Shown piece after piece: positions 1 through 15,189 of a stretch of DNA of 64,000 nt (position 1 is its first letter; every line of letters begins with the position of its first letter). The stretch lies in the NCBI RefSeq assembly GCF_009914755.1, contig NC_060936.1. The stretch is one strand, 5' to 3'. The stretch is from the human T2T-CHM13v2.0 reference genome, Homo sapiens. Below the pieces are notes generated by a model that was not told the origin of the DNA, did no database searches, and saw only the letters and a program-made list of their open reading frames with translations. A program made the position numbers and the translations under genes.

Positions 1-367
1 CAAGATCTCACTTTGCTCTCTTCATGGCCGGGATTTGGGGCACTGGCTTGGAGTGTGGGAAGGGAATAGGAGCAGGTGACTTGGATTTGGACAGTGACTC
101 AGAGGAAAGAGGACAAGAAGAGCCCTGATCTAGGAGCTGGGAAATGACTTAAAAGCCATTTACTGCCCTCTTCCCACCCTTCCTGCCTTTTTGCCTTCCT
201 TCTAGTAAATATGCATGGGGTGCCCACTCTAGTCTGCCCATGATCCCCTTCCTGCAGCACTGGCGGCCTCTCCTGACATGCCACCTCCTCACTGCCCACT
301 CCAAGCCAAGGAGCAGGTATAGGATATCTCCTCTTCCTGGCTCCATTCAGAGCTTGCTTTGATGCTT

Positions 368-518
368 GCTTGCCTTCCTCCCTTCCTTCCTTCCTTCCTT
401 CTCTCTCTTTTTTTTTCTTTCTTTCTTTCTTTTTCTTTCTTTCTTTCTTTTCTTCTCTTGTTCTCTCTCTCTTTCTTTCTTCTTTTCTTCTCTCGTTCTC
501 TCTCTCTCTCTTTCTTCT

Positions 519-574
<56 letters not shown>

Positions 575-620
575 TCCTTCTTTCCTTCTTTCCTTCTTTC
601 CTTCTTTCTTTCTTTTTTCC
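368..620. repeat. Compound (CCTT)n/(CTTT)n/(CT)n microsatellite derived from an Alu tail
   Basis: About 250 bp of almost pure pyrimidine adjoining the 3' end of a minus-strand Alu. Confidence 0.95.
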
Positions 621-925
621 AAACACAGGATCTCACTCTGTCACCAGGCTGGAGTACAGTGATGTGATCACAGCCCAGCTCACTGCAGCCTTAACCTCCT
701 AGGCTTGAGTGATCCTCCCATCTCAGCCTCTGGAGCAGCTAGGACTATAGGCATGCACCATCACGCCCCACTAATTTTGAAGGGAATGCTGGGAGGAGGT
801 TTTGGAGAGATGGGATTTTGCCATGTTGTCCAGGCTGGTCTCAAACTCTTGGACTCAAGCGATCTGCTTGCCTCAGCCTCCCAAAGTGCTGGGATTGCCA
901 GGCATGAGCCACCGTGCCCAGCCCC
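621..925 (-). mobile_element. AluJ-like SINE
   Basis: Alu consensus in reverse orientation; TSD ttgatgctt at 359-367 and 926-934. Confidence 0.88.
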
Positions 926-1264
926 TTGATGCTTATTTTTATCCTTAGTTTTCCTGTAGGGAATATTGGGGGAGTGGGTCCCACCAGCATGATTTCTTTG
1001 GTCCCTGCTCTTCCCTGGGGACTGATGGGTACTTAGACCCTCTGACATTGCAGACGCTCCCTGCCTGTGGCAAATCACCCTGCCAGATGCCAGTCCCCCA
1101 GCCTTTTTCCCTTCAGTCCCCTCCCCTTCCCCACCAGGTCATGTGCAGCTCCCTGAGTGGCATCAGCTAGAGGCAGAATTAACTTGGTTGATCTGATTCC
1201 CAAATGCTTGCCTGAAGCACTTTCCAGATGTAGAGGAGATGACATTAGCTAGGTGGTCCATGCT

Positions 1265-2600
<1,336 letters not shown>

Positions 2601-3625
2601 TGGAAGGAAAGAGACCTCCACATATGTTCTATCTTTCCATGCATGTAAGAACCATAAGCTGATAGATTACATTATCTACCCATTTTAGAGATGAAGAAAC
2701 TGAGCATTTTAGGGGTAAATAATGGGCCAAAGCTCACAGGATGCATATGTGGCAAAACAGAATTCAAACCTCAACCCCTATGATTCCAAATTCATTGCTT
2801 CTTTCCTCTCCGTCTTGTTGATTCCTCAGTTTTTCAGGAGATTAAAAAAACTAATGGAAAATTGTTAACCAGTGAAAGTTGTCATTGTCCTCCTGAGCTA
2901 AGAAAAGAGAACCCCTGCCTGCACCTCAGGACCCCTATCCTTCCCTTGTTCCTGCTGTGTCCTAGGCAGTTTGGGTTGTAAGTGACAATCACATGGGTAC
3001 TACCTCATGCAGATATTCTTACTTTAATTCCTTCTTCTTCTGACTCTTGGCCCTTTGCTTCTTGAGATGGAAGCTTTTTTTGTGACTCTGGGTCTGTTTG
3101 TGTGTGTCTCTCTGTATGTGTTTACACAGTGAAGGCTCAAGCAATGAAAATAGCAGAAGGCTTGACCTTCTGAAATGAATAACCCCAACCTTGTAAATAA
3201 ATCAACCACTCTACCAGACCAAAAAAGATAATACCTGTAGGGCAATAAATGGGATCATTGTTTTTTGATTTCTTCTTTTTTATGTTCTCTTGACACACAA
3301 CATAACTTTCTCTTTTGAAAGCAATGTTCTAAGATTGCAACAAACTGTAGTTGAAATTATTTTAGTGAAAGAAAATAATGTCTTAGGGTCATCTAAAGAA
3401 ATGACTTCATATATCTATTTTACTCTCTTAAATGTTTCTCCCAGTCATGCTGAAGTGGCAAAGATTTTTCTGATTCCAAGTTCCTGCTAACGAAATACAT
3501 TAACTGTAGAGAGCAGAGATATCTGAGTCTAGTGCAAGCAAAACAAACTGGTTAGGAGAGCTGTACAGATAAAGATAAACAAGATTCTTGGATTCCCAAT
3601 AATGTGCTTGACCTTATTATTTGGT

Positions 3626-3805
3626 GCTGTGGTTTGGATGGTGAAAACTCATGGTGAAATTTGGTCCCCAGTGTGACAGTGTTGGGAGCTGAGGACTAGT
3701 GGGAGGTGTTTGGGTCATGGGGGCAGATCCCTCATGAATAAACCAATGCCCTTCTGCAGGGGCAGGGGAGTTCTTACTGTCTTGGGACTAGATTAGTTTC
3801 TTTGA
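3626..3805 (+). mobile_element. MST/MLT1A-type MaLR LTR, 5' fragment
   Basis: Starts tgctgtggtttggat; contains gggaggtgtttgggtcatgggggcagatccctcatga. Confidence 0.7.
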
Positions 3806-3885
3806 GCCCCATTAATCTTGAGGGACATGTTCAGACCTAGTTCTGTGATAAACCTATATTTGTGTTCCCTTAACCTTCTAACTCA

Positions 3886-4045
3886 CAGGTTGGCAAACAT
3901 TAGCCTGAGTGCCTTTTCTGTAAATAAAGTTTTATTGGAACACAGCCACACCTATTCACCAGCAGAATTGAGTAGTTGCTACAAAGAGTATATGGCCCAC
4001 AAAACTGAAAATATTTATTATCTGGCCCTTTATAGAAAAAGTTGG
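3886..4045 (+). mobile_element. MER58A-like hAT-Charlie MITE
   Basis: caggttggcaaac...gtaaataaagttttattggaacacagccac...tatctggccctttatagaaaaagtt. Confidence 0.75.
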
Positions 4046-4126
4046 CTGTTTTTCACAAATACCACAGACACACGATTCTGTCTAGCAAACTCCTAGGCAG
4101 CTACAAGGCCTAACTAGAGTATTCTT

Positions 4127-4216
4127 TCTCCCTTCCAAGTATTAATCAGGCCCAGCCCTGCTTAGCTTCCAAAATCAGACAATATTGGGCATGTTCAGGG
4201 TGGTATGGCTGTACTC
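4127..4216 (-). pseudogene. 3'-truncated 5S rRNA retropseudogene (about nt 1-89 of 5S)
   Basis: Reverse complement TACAGCCATACCACCCTGAACATGCCCAATATTGTCTGATTTTGGAAGCTAAGCAGGGCTGGGCCTGATTAATACTTGGAAGGGAGA matches 5S rRNA with CpG decay. 18-bp direct repeat ctagagtattctttctcc at 4114-4131 and 4216-4233. Confidence 0.92.
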
Positions 4217-6806
4217 TAGAGTATTCTTTCTCCTGAGAGACCTTCTAGTAGCTACCCAAGCCCAAGGCAAAGCTAACCACATCCTCCTCGGGACCTCCAA
4301 GGGGCTCTTAATAGCCAAAAAAAAAAAAAAAAAAAAATCACTGATGTTCATAGAATACAGTATTCTAGACACTGTTTTAAGCATGTCACAGAGATTAATA
4401 ATTTAACCATCACAGCAACCCTAAGTGGTAGGTATTTTTATCATTATCATTTTACAAATGAGGAGATCAAGGCAGAGAGAGATTACATAACTTTCTTACA
4501 GTCACACAGCTGGTAAATAAGTGAGCTGGGGTTTGAACCCAGGTAGTCTGGCAGTCCATTCACCATTTGGCTGCCATAGGCCCTGTCATTATCCCCATTA
4601 TACAGATGGGAAACAGACTACACAGCATGTATTCTATTGTGTTCTAAGAGAATCCATGTCTGTCCCCAGTTTTTCCTTGAGAACAGAGGTACCCTTCCTC
4701 TCCCCACACCCTAGTGCCCAATGCATAGAGATGCTCAGACACACAGAGAAGGGGTCACCTTCTTGACCATGAGCTTTTAGAGACCAGAGAAGTCGTCTGT
4801 TCATCATTGGGTCCTCAGTGCCTAGCCCTGTTCCTGCCTCAAAGAAGTTGGGCTCAGCAAGTGGGTCAAGAAGGGAGGAAGTTTTCTGAAAATAGGAAGC
4901 CCTCCATTTTTGGCTCACCTGTGCCCTTTCTTCTTTCTAAGCTTACGGGGTTGGAGGTCTAGTTCCTTTCTACACTGTATTGGCTGCTGAGACACAAGGT
5001 CTCTGTCTGCTGGGCTCTCACTAGGAAAAGGTCAGCCAAACCTCAGTGCCAGAGTCTATTTACCTTGGCTAGGAGGTGTTCCTTGGGGAAGGAAAGGACA
5101 TTACCTGCTACACTCACTGGTGTTTAATGTGACTTGGCTGCCTTTTCAAAAGCTTCCATGATTCCACTTAAGGAGGAGTAAATCAGCACAAATTCTGCCA
5201 GCACCAGGAAATATATCAGCCAATGGAATTTTACCTCCTTCTACTCCAGTAGGGTTGATCTTCAAGGAAACCTATTTATCGACAAAGACCCCAACTATAT
5301 TTTTGCACACACAAACAAGGACCATAAAGAATCATTGCCAGAAAGACCGTTGAGAGTCAACTGATGCGTTAGAAAGGAAGGACACTGGAAAAAAAGTTAG
5401 CAAAATACAAATGACATTTGATCACCATCAACTGAGTATTTGAGCAGCATCCAAGGGGTGACATTGGCAACAAGGGTGACATGACAGTGTTCAGAGGAAA
5501 GGGGGCCCGCTTTCAGGTTGGCTGGGTCAGGGCAGAAAGACTTTTGGGGGAAATAAGATGAAAGCTATGGGGGAGGGGTGGGCTCTCAGTGTGGGAAACG
5601 GTGTTTACAAAGGTGCACAGGTGGGAGGGTGGAAGTTGTGGTTCAGGTACAAGAGTACCTTCAAGGAGGGATGGCTGTGATGGTACAGCTAGAAACTGGG
5701 TAGCAGATTCAGTGGGTACCGAGCAGTCAAGAGTCTGGGTATCAGAGTCAGACCTGGGCTCAGTTTTCAACCATCCACTTTGCTAGCTGTATACCATTAG
5801 CTGGCAACCTAAATCTCTTCGTGCCTGGTGGGTGGTGGAAATGTTCTGTGACTCAGTTGGGGTCATAGTTATAAAAGTTGTTCATTTGTCAAAACTCTTC
5901 AAGCAGTATACTTTAAATGGATGTTTTATTTTATATGAATTATATCTCAGTAAAGTTGCTTTCAAAAGAAAAAAAAGTGTGCCCAGATTTCTTTATCTGA
6001 ATGGCAGAATAATAATATCTACCTCATTGGAAAGGTGTAAGGAGTGACCAAGAAATGCTTGTAAAGTGTTTAACCCAATACTTGGCTCATTATAAACTAT
6101 GATTACTATCGTTGTGTTACGTTGCATAGAACCTCATAAGCCATCACTAAACACTTTGAACTTTTGTCTGATAGGCACAGGGAGCCATTGAAGATTTCTG
6201 AGCAAGGAAGCAATCAAAACTTTTTAAAAATTGCAATTATATGTATATATATATAAAATATTATATATTATAAAATTTACCATTTTAACAATTTTTAAGT
6301 ATAGTTTAGTGGCATTTGGTACATTCATATCATTGTGCAACCATCACCACCATCTAAAACTTTGTTCTGAAGAGAGGAATTGGGCAGGATAACCAAGAGG
6401 AGAGAAAAGCTCAAAAAGACCGTTGGAATGCTATTTAGAACAGTGTGTGCAGATGTTGAAGGCCTGAGTCAGGATGAATTTACAGGAATTGAAGAAACAT
6501 AAAAGAGAACTTACGAAAGAAGCAACCATCAGCACTGGCAATTGATTGAAATTTAATTATGAGAAAGAAAGGAAGAAGTCACAAAGATGACCAAAAAGGA
6601 GTACAAAGGCATCTCAAGCTCTCTTGTTAATATTAATACTTTTCTTCACATGTTATTTGGCTTAAGATTCTGGCAGTCCTGTAAAATAAAAACATTCGTA
6701 CTGATAATAGTGCTGATGAAGGTGTGGTAAGATTGGCACTTAAGTATGTTATTGTGGACACAACCTTTAGAAAACGAATATAGCAATATATGTCAAAGGC
6801 CATTTA

Positions 6807-7141
<335 letters not shown>

Positions 7142-7344
7142 TTACTCTGATCCCATGCTTCAATTTTCAGGGATCTAGCTATCAGAATAGTACAGAATTC
7201 ACAGAAGCCATGTGTGTGTTGATATCCATGGACCTCAGGTGTTTTTATGATAGTCCCAAAGTGGAAGCAACCTAAATGTCCCCAACGAATGGAATAGTTT
7301 GATAAAATGTGACACTTCTACTAAATGAAACTTTAAACATTGTC

Positions 7345-7502
7345 TTTTTTTGTTTTTTTTAGAGACAGGGTCTTGCTCTGTCAGTCAGGCTGAAGTGCAG
7401 TGTTACCATTATGGCTCACTGCAGCCTTGAACTCCTGGGCTCAAGCGACCCTCAGCCTCCCAAAGTGGTTGGGATTACAGGCATGAGCCACCATGCATGG
7501 CC
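7345..7502 (-). mobile_element. Monomer-length Alu (FLAM/FRAM-like or internally deleted AluJ)
   Basis: About 150 bp of Alu-like sequence, followed by (AAAC)n. Confidence 0.75.
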
Positions 7503-9127
7503 AAACAAACAAACAAACAAACAAAAACATAAAGATGTGTTACAAGACTCCTTTACATAGGGAGGTGCCCTGAGGGATTTAAAATATAGTTAGAAAAAAA
7601 AATACATTTTTATGCAACAATTAGGGAATAATAGGCCCATTACAAAAGTGAGCTCCACTCATAGGTGGATCTCTGTCCACAGACTAATTATATCTTTCTC
7701 CAGGTGCCTTGACATGACTGAGAGAGCAACCCCCAATTCAAATGAATGTGCGCTGGCTGTTGTTTAGTTCCACTCCACCGCCCAGGTTCCTGAAGGCGGG
7801 GCTGCTTGAGGAGACTGTGGGTTTGCACTTGCACATAGTCCTGGTCCCTACGGTCAGCAGGGCACATATCATGGGCAAGGAGCAGATGGTGACAATCTGG
7901 TCCTGGTCAACAGCTCAACTGCCATCATTGTGACTGGAAATATCCCCTGCAATGGATTGGAGAGGGCATCTTCTATGCACTTTAATAAGAATATTATTCC
8001 ACCTGGACTGGGGGAGTTGAAACAGATGGTGGCATAGTACTGCCTCTGGACTTCTTAGGCTGTAGGATCAGAAATGATAGTGGTGGGGAGAGAGGGATGT
8101 GGATATTTACCAGGTGAGAGCCAACCCAGGAAGCTCTCTCTCATGCCCCTAGGAATCCGACTGGAACAAATGTTCATAGGAGTTAACTGCAAAATAAAAA
8201 CAACCCTGTCTCCTGGTGCATTTAAATGTATAATGCATTTTTATTTTCTTCATCTCATTACTGCAGTCCTGTGACAGAGGCCAGGCAGGTAGTGTTGGTC
8301 TTGCTTCACAGAAGGAGTAACCAAGTCATAGTGGGGCAGAGCAATTTGCTTCTCCATCTATAACAGAGGATCAGATGAGAAAGGGTGCTGGATGTGTTAG
8401 CCATATGCAGTGCTTCCAGGCCTGGCTCAGAGCTTTTAAATGATTGTCTCACTTAATTCAGTCTTCACAACCATCCTGAGCCATTGAGAGCCCCTTCCGT
8501 AGATGAGAAAAGAGGCTCAGAGAGGTTGAATTGTTAGCTAGGACCAAAGGGCTTATGAGGGGCAGAGCTGGGATTAGAACTCAGATCTGCCAGACTCCAA
8601 AGCCATATGGGGGCCACACCTTCCCAGGAGTCATGGTGTGCATAATAATGACTATACATCTGAGTAGGTGGGCCTCTGTGGCTGAGGAATCAGCCTGTCT
8701 CCAAGACCAAGGATACAGAGACCAGCTCTCCAAGATCCATTCATTCATCTGTTCATCTGTTCTTCCATCAGCCAAGTGAATGGCTCCTTCGCCCTGAGCC
8801 TTGGCACCTCAGTTGTCCTGTTGCTGTGATAGCAGTCCCCACATGCCCAGCCTTCACACCCTGTTCCCCAGGCCTGCTCACACCATCAGTAGATAAGAGG
8901 GAACATGGTACCAGAAGTGTGTCATTTCCTTTTAAACGCATTCATTCTTTCACTGGGAAGTCATTCATTTATTTATTCAACAGACATAGCCAGCCCTTCC
9001 CTTCATACCAGGCCTTGTGCTAAAAACTGGGGCTGCAAGGGAAGGAAATTCAGTGCTAGCCCTGGCAGAAAGCAGTCCAGTGTGAAGGAAGGACGGGTTA
9101 ACAACCATGAGCCATTTTCATTCAAGA

Positions 9128-9441
<314 letters not shown>

Positions 9442-9509
9442 TCAGCCTGTTGGGATCCAGGAAGTTTGAGGAGAAGATTATAAAAGGGAGTGATTGTCTG
9501 GGACTTTTT

Positions 9510-9735
9510 TTCTGTAGAGAAAGAGGTTTAGTCATAGGGCTGCTGAGCAAGGAGAGGAGAGGAAACCTCTAGTCCATCTCCCCCAGGAGATGGCTAGGGC
9601 TTTTAAGGGTTTTGGAGTGAGCTAAAGTGTGGAGATCGTGTTGATTGGCTGAAGAATGCAGGGTGAAGTCGTGGGAGAGGGAGATGAAGAAACTGCAGCC
9701 TCACGCTGATTCGCTTCCTCTGAGGAGACTTTATA
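9510..9735 (-). mobile_element. Probable MER4-group ERV1 LTR fragment
   Basis: Resembles recalled LTR consensus (gtgtggagatcgtgttgattggc...gggagatgaagaaactgc); subfamily uncertain. Confidence 0.45.
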
Positions 9736-11146
9736 GAATGGTGTTTCTGAAGCCCAGTGACCTTGGATGAGAACTTAGATATCTGAGAGTGGAAGGAATC
9801 CCCGCCCACCCGGTCCCGGGCCTGTCAGGCTTCGTGTTCACCTCCACTGACTGGAACCCCCTAATAATGATAATGTCTTGACCATTTTCACATCTGAAAA
9901 ATTGGGGGTGATGCTGCTCCCCAGGCGCTTGCCACACCCCTCTGTGCTAGGCACTGTTCCTCTCTCCATCTCGCAGGTAGATCAGAGAGACCTGCGTTCT
10001 TGCCCAAGGCCCCTCGGGAAGGCAGAGAAGATAGCAGGATGTGCACTTGGCATTTCTGGGCTCCAAAGCTAGCACCTTTCCTGCCATACTCACAGGCTTC
10101 TCATAATGCCAGTGGCAAGGGCACTTTTCCCACAATCCTATAGTCACTTTGGCCACACCCCCAGTCCCTCCCACTTCTGCTTCTGTGTCCCCTTCACCTC
10201 CTTGTCATCTCTGTAGCCTCCTTCATAGACACTTCTGTCTCCCCTGCAGAATGAGTTAACGGCCACTGTGGGAGGTCTGCCCTGTCCTTCCAGAGGAGGC
10301 CAAATCAACCACATTTAACCCAACCAGAAAAAACAAAAAAACAGAGTCTCAGTGAAAGCCAGCATGTTTAGGGGACAGCCACAGGGAAAAACCTAGTGCC
10401 ACTTGTCTGCCTGTTTATGAGCTTTGTGCCCTTGAGCAGCCACTTGCCTTCCCAGAGATAAACTGCCTTGCCCTGCAGCTTCTGGTGCTGGGTGAGCTGA
10501 GGGCAGGGAAGAACTTTGTACTAGCAGTGCCACCAGCCTCAGTGTTTAGTAGGTATTGGTGCTGCTGTTAGGACCAGAATGACACTAGGAAAACAGGAAG
10601 CACATTAACCTCCGGGGCAAAAGAGCAGAACGAAGCTTCCCCAGGGCCAAGCCACAGAGAAAAGAAAAAAAAAAAAGTCTCTTCCTTGATAGAAAATAGA
10701 GGGGAGAAGAGTAAGTGAAAGCCCAAAGGCATCACCTGGGGACCGAGGGAGCACTGGGGGGCCTCCCCACTCAGGGTCCTTGCAGGGAAGCATGGGCAAG
10801 AAAAACCAAGAGTAGGTAAGTCTCTTTCTGCCAAGCAAGCTCTGTCCCTGTCCCTTCACTGTCATGGGCCAGAGGAGAGCAGAGGACAGCCTTGATGTGC
10901 AATGTGGAGGTGCTCTCTGGGGCAGGGCATACCTTCTGTGCAAATCAGGCCCAGGCATGAAGACAGACCCTCTGACAGCACTTGCAGGCAACGTTTTCCC
11001 AGCAAACGGAGCTTGCATCTATCCAAAAAGCAGCCCCATGTGTTAGAACCTTCTCTCAGCCTCAGAGGCCGGCCCCTCTTTCACGGGAAAGAAAAGGGCC
11101 TGGCATTTCTTGAGGACCCATTTTGTGCTTGGTATCTTTATGTAGG

Positions 11147-11604
11147 TGCTATTGTTTGAATTGTGTACCTGCCAAAATTCATATGGTGAGGTCCTAACCC
11201 CCAGTACCTGAGAAAGTGACCTTGTTTGGAGCTAGGTTCATAGTGGATGGAACTAGTGAAGATGAGGTCATCCTGGATAGTGTGGGCTCCTAATCCAACT
11301 GATGTCCTCATGAAAAAGGTGAAATTTGGACACTGACACACACTTAAGAACACCATGAACATGAAGGCGGAGATGAGGAGGATGCTTCTACAATACAACC
11401 AGGAAATGCCAAGCATTGCCAGCAAAACCCTAGGAGCTGGCAGAGAAGCCTGGAGCAGATTCCTTCTCACAGTCCCTAGGAGGAGCCAACTCTGCAACAC
11501 CTTGAGTGTGGTGTCTAGCTTCCAGAACTAGGAGACAAGAAATGTCTGTTGTTTAAGCCAGTAAGTGTGGAACTTTGCTATGACAGTGCTTGGAAGCTAA
11601 TGCA
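11147..11604 (+). mobile_element. MLT1B/C-type MaLR solo LTR
   Basis: tgctattgtttgaattgtg...aaaattcatat...aggagccaactctgcaacaccttga...gtttaagcca...ctaatgca. Confidence 0.8.
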
Positions 11605-14600
11605 GTATATTACCTTCTTAGACCTAACAGCACTACACAGGGAGGTATTAGGATACTCACTTTACAAAAATAGGAATTGAGCTCAGAGACGGCAAGTGAG
11701 AAAAGAACGTGGGTAAGAGCCCAGCTTTGCTCAGCTTTCCAGGCTCATGGAGAGTGAAGAATTCATATGAGCATTGGATCCTGAGTCTTGGTTGGAAGTC
11801 AAGGAGATCTGAGAAGCACTGTGGGGCTCCCAGGTCAGCAGTTGGCAAGCTAGGATCTGGGCCTATGAAATGAGCCTGCTGAGTCCCTCACCCCACCCAC
11901 GGTAAAAGGGGCTCTGACAGAAGAGCCGGGACCTTCCCAGATGATCCTGGGCTGAGTCTGCTGGTCAGGGATCTGGGAAGGCAGGAATAAGGAGGTAGGA
12001 GCTGGTCAGGAATGAAAGGGACTCCCTTCATGAGCTGACCAAAGGCCAGGGCTGTTTTGCACATGGCCCAGGGTAGAAGGCCTCTCCCAGCCTAGACCGG
12101 GTATGGCCAGGGAGCCAAATGGCCCAGAGATAAGACTTAGCCTCACAGGTGCCAGGAGCCAAAAGGTCACGGGAGTTTCTGTAAGAGCCTAAGCAACCCT
12201 GCCTCTGGCTCTCTTTAATATTCTTCTTCAGGGAGCTTTCGGAGCCTGGGCATCTCCTCCACTGCTCTGGAATACCAGATTATTCCCAACAGGCCTTCCA
12301 CAGCCCTCGCCACCTCCCTTGGGCTTCAGCAGCTTCCCCAGGTGGCACCTCCCCTTCCTACTGAGGGCTCTGCGCTGCAGCCGCCTGTTCTCCCTCCCCT
12401 GTTTCCACAGTTAGGGGAGTTCATCCTCTTACCACAGGGCCCCGAGGATCATTCTTAATCAAAGCACGGCAAGATGGCATTGCAGTCCCCCTGGAGCCTG
12501 CAAAACAGGCCTTTTAAACTCTGTCTCCTACCACGGGACTGTGGGGGATGCAGGTGAGCTGTCACTAAGAGAGCCAGGGAAATGCAGGTATAGGGAGAAG
12601 TGGCTGTTGCTTCTCAGCAACCAGGGGAAGGTAGGGGGTGGCCAGGACGCCCAGCGCCCAAGGAGTCCTCTCCGGTGCTTATAGACTGAGGCTCATCCAC
12701 CCCAACAGTATCCTCAGGAACGCCATGCCCTCTCCCTTGGTAGTGGGGAATGGGGAGTGGAAAAAAGACATGACTTGCAGCTGGAGTCGTTACATTTGGC
12801 CTTAGCATCGTCTCCTGCCAGGCCACTTAGCCAGTGTCCAGCCTGTTGGGGGAAGCCAGGCCTACCTGCACGGGCTCAGCCACGCTCTGGTGTTCCCGCG
12901 TTCGTGTGCTCTGCAGGCAGAACAGACTTGAGGCAGGCAGCAGTGGGGCTTGGGCCAGATTGTCCCCCAAGCCCCAGCGGGGATGGCCCGGCAGGCCAGT
13001 CCCAGCTGGAGGGAGGCCTGCAGAGGGGGCTCCTAGCTGCCACTGTGTGCTGTTCATAGTCCCTGGATTGGGTATGATTAGAACCAGTATAGCCATCCTG
13101 GGACTCCATCCCTAACGGGGGCCAGAAGGGCATCAGAGAGGCTAGGACTGGCTGCCTCCTTCCATGCCCACCTCCAAGTCACAGCCAAACCCCACAAACA
13201 CCTCTCAGGGCCTGCCCTCCATGAATACCCCCTGAACTTCAGGGAAGCCCTTCTGTATCTACAGCTGGTATTGCCTCTTGGGGTATGGTGAGGTCCACCT
13301 CGTTCCTGGCAGCTTCTCATTGTGCCTAACATAAGCACCCAAGCCCTGGGTCTCAGTGCAGCTTTGCCCAGGTCACATAACTCTTCCCTGCCTCTGTTTT
13401 CTTGTCTGTAAAATGGGTATGATAAGAGTAACTACCCCATAGGGTCATAGGGTTATTGCGAGGATTACATGACATAAGATATTAAAGTATTTAGAATGGC
13501 ACATAGTAAGTACTAAATGAAAGTTAACTGTAGAATGATGAAGATGGTGATGATGATGTCTCAGTCCCCTCAATTCTGCCACTGTTGCTGTTACTACTAT
13601 TATTGCCCCATGACTGTTAGTGCCATTATTACTATCGCTATCATTTGTGCCGTACTAATACCACTGCTAGGATAAGCACTGCCCTCCAGCGTGTGCATAA
13701 CAATGTTGGGTTTAGAAAGCTTTCAAGACTTTAATGGCTCCCCATTCATGAATGCAGCGGTCAAGGTTTTTCCTATTCTAGCGCTGCCTGCATCTCACCT
13801 CTAACTCCTGCCTTATCTCCAGGTACACCCTGTCTCCCAGCACTCCCACCAGGTGTGCATCCCTCTGCCCCACTTTCTCCCTCAAACCAGACCAGCTCCT
13901 TCTTCCTTCATTATTAATCCCCCCTTTAAAAATTACACACTCCTGAAGTCTCGGCTTTCATGTCACCTGTTTGATTAAATCTCCCTTGGAATTCTTTCCA
14001 TGGGAGAGGGCAGGGGATATAAAGATGCAAAATGAAAAGTCAGTTTTGGTTAGAATCAGGGATTTTGGTGTCCGGGATGGTAGCATAAATGGAGGCAGCA
14101 AAGATGACCAATAAAACATTGAGAGCTTGTCTGGGGTTAAGCCAAGCCAGGAGCCTGAAGTGACCAAGTCTGCCTCTGAGTGGCTTAGATGAATTCTGCT
14201 AAGCACCTTAGAAGAAGACGAAGAAGCATGGGTTACTGAGCATCTACTGCGTGTCAGGCACTGTTCAGATATGGAGACATACCAACTCATACAATCCTCA
14301 CCCCAACCCATGAGGTAGATGCTGTTATCATCCCCACTTTACGGAAGAGGAAACTGAGGCACGGAGAGGTTCATTAATTTAGCCAGAGAGTCAATAAGTA
14401 ACAAAGCTTGTATTTAAACTGGGGCAGCCTGGCTGTAGAGCCCATCTACCTAACCACTGCTCTGTCTTATTGTACCGTGATTATTGTTTCTATTTCAATT
14501 TCCCCTCTCCCATCTTTCTTTCATTCTGTTCCACTTACCCTCTAGCCCTAGGTGTGAACTTAAGGTAGTAGGAATCAAGTCATCTCTATTCATTAATTCA

Positions 14601-14696
14601 GCACATTTTTCATGCCCACCACCTGGAGATATACATTGTGTGAGTATATGGCAAGTACTTTGAACAGTGCCTGGCACATAGTGGGTGTCAGCTCCT

Positions 14697-15189
14697 ACCA
14701 TCATCGTTACCTCCACCATCATCATCACAACCGCCACCATCACCATCCCCAACTTTATCCTCAATACCACCACCATCACTATCACCACCATCACCATCCC
14801 CACCTCTAGGCTCACCACCACCACCATCACTATCACCACCACCACCATCCCCAACTTTATCCTCAACACCACCACCATCACTATCACCACCATCACCATC
14901 ACCACCATCACCATCCCCACCTCTATCCTCAACACCACTGTTATCATCACCATCGCCACCATCATCATCTCTACCATCATCATCATCACCACATCACCAT
15001 TATCAACATTATCATCATCACCACCATCACCATCATCACAATTATTACCACCATCATCATCACTGACACCCCCACCACCATCATCATCACCACACCATCC
15101 CACCACCATCATCCCACAACCAACAGCATCATCGTCACCACCATCATCATCATCATCACCACCACCATTATCATCATCATCTATATCAC
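14697..15189. repeat. (ATC/ACC)n trinucleotide array with 51-bp higher-order units
   Basis: Seen directly; accounts for ORFs 14495-15268, 14612-14809 and 14685-15368. Confidence 0.95.

Noticed and set aside
99-702. K/E/R-rich and F/L/S-rich ORFs
   Set aside because: Translations of the CTTT/CCTT microsatellite and adjacent Alu
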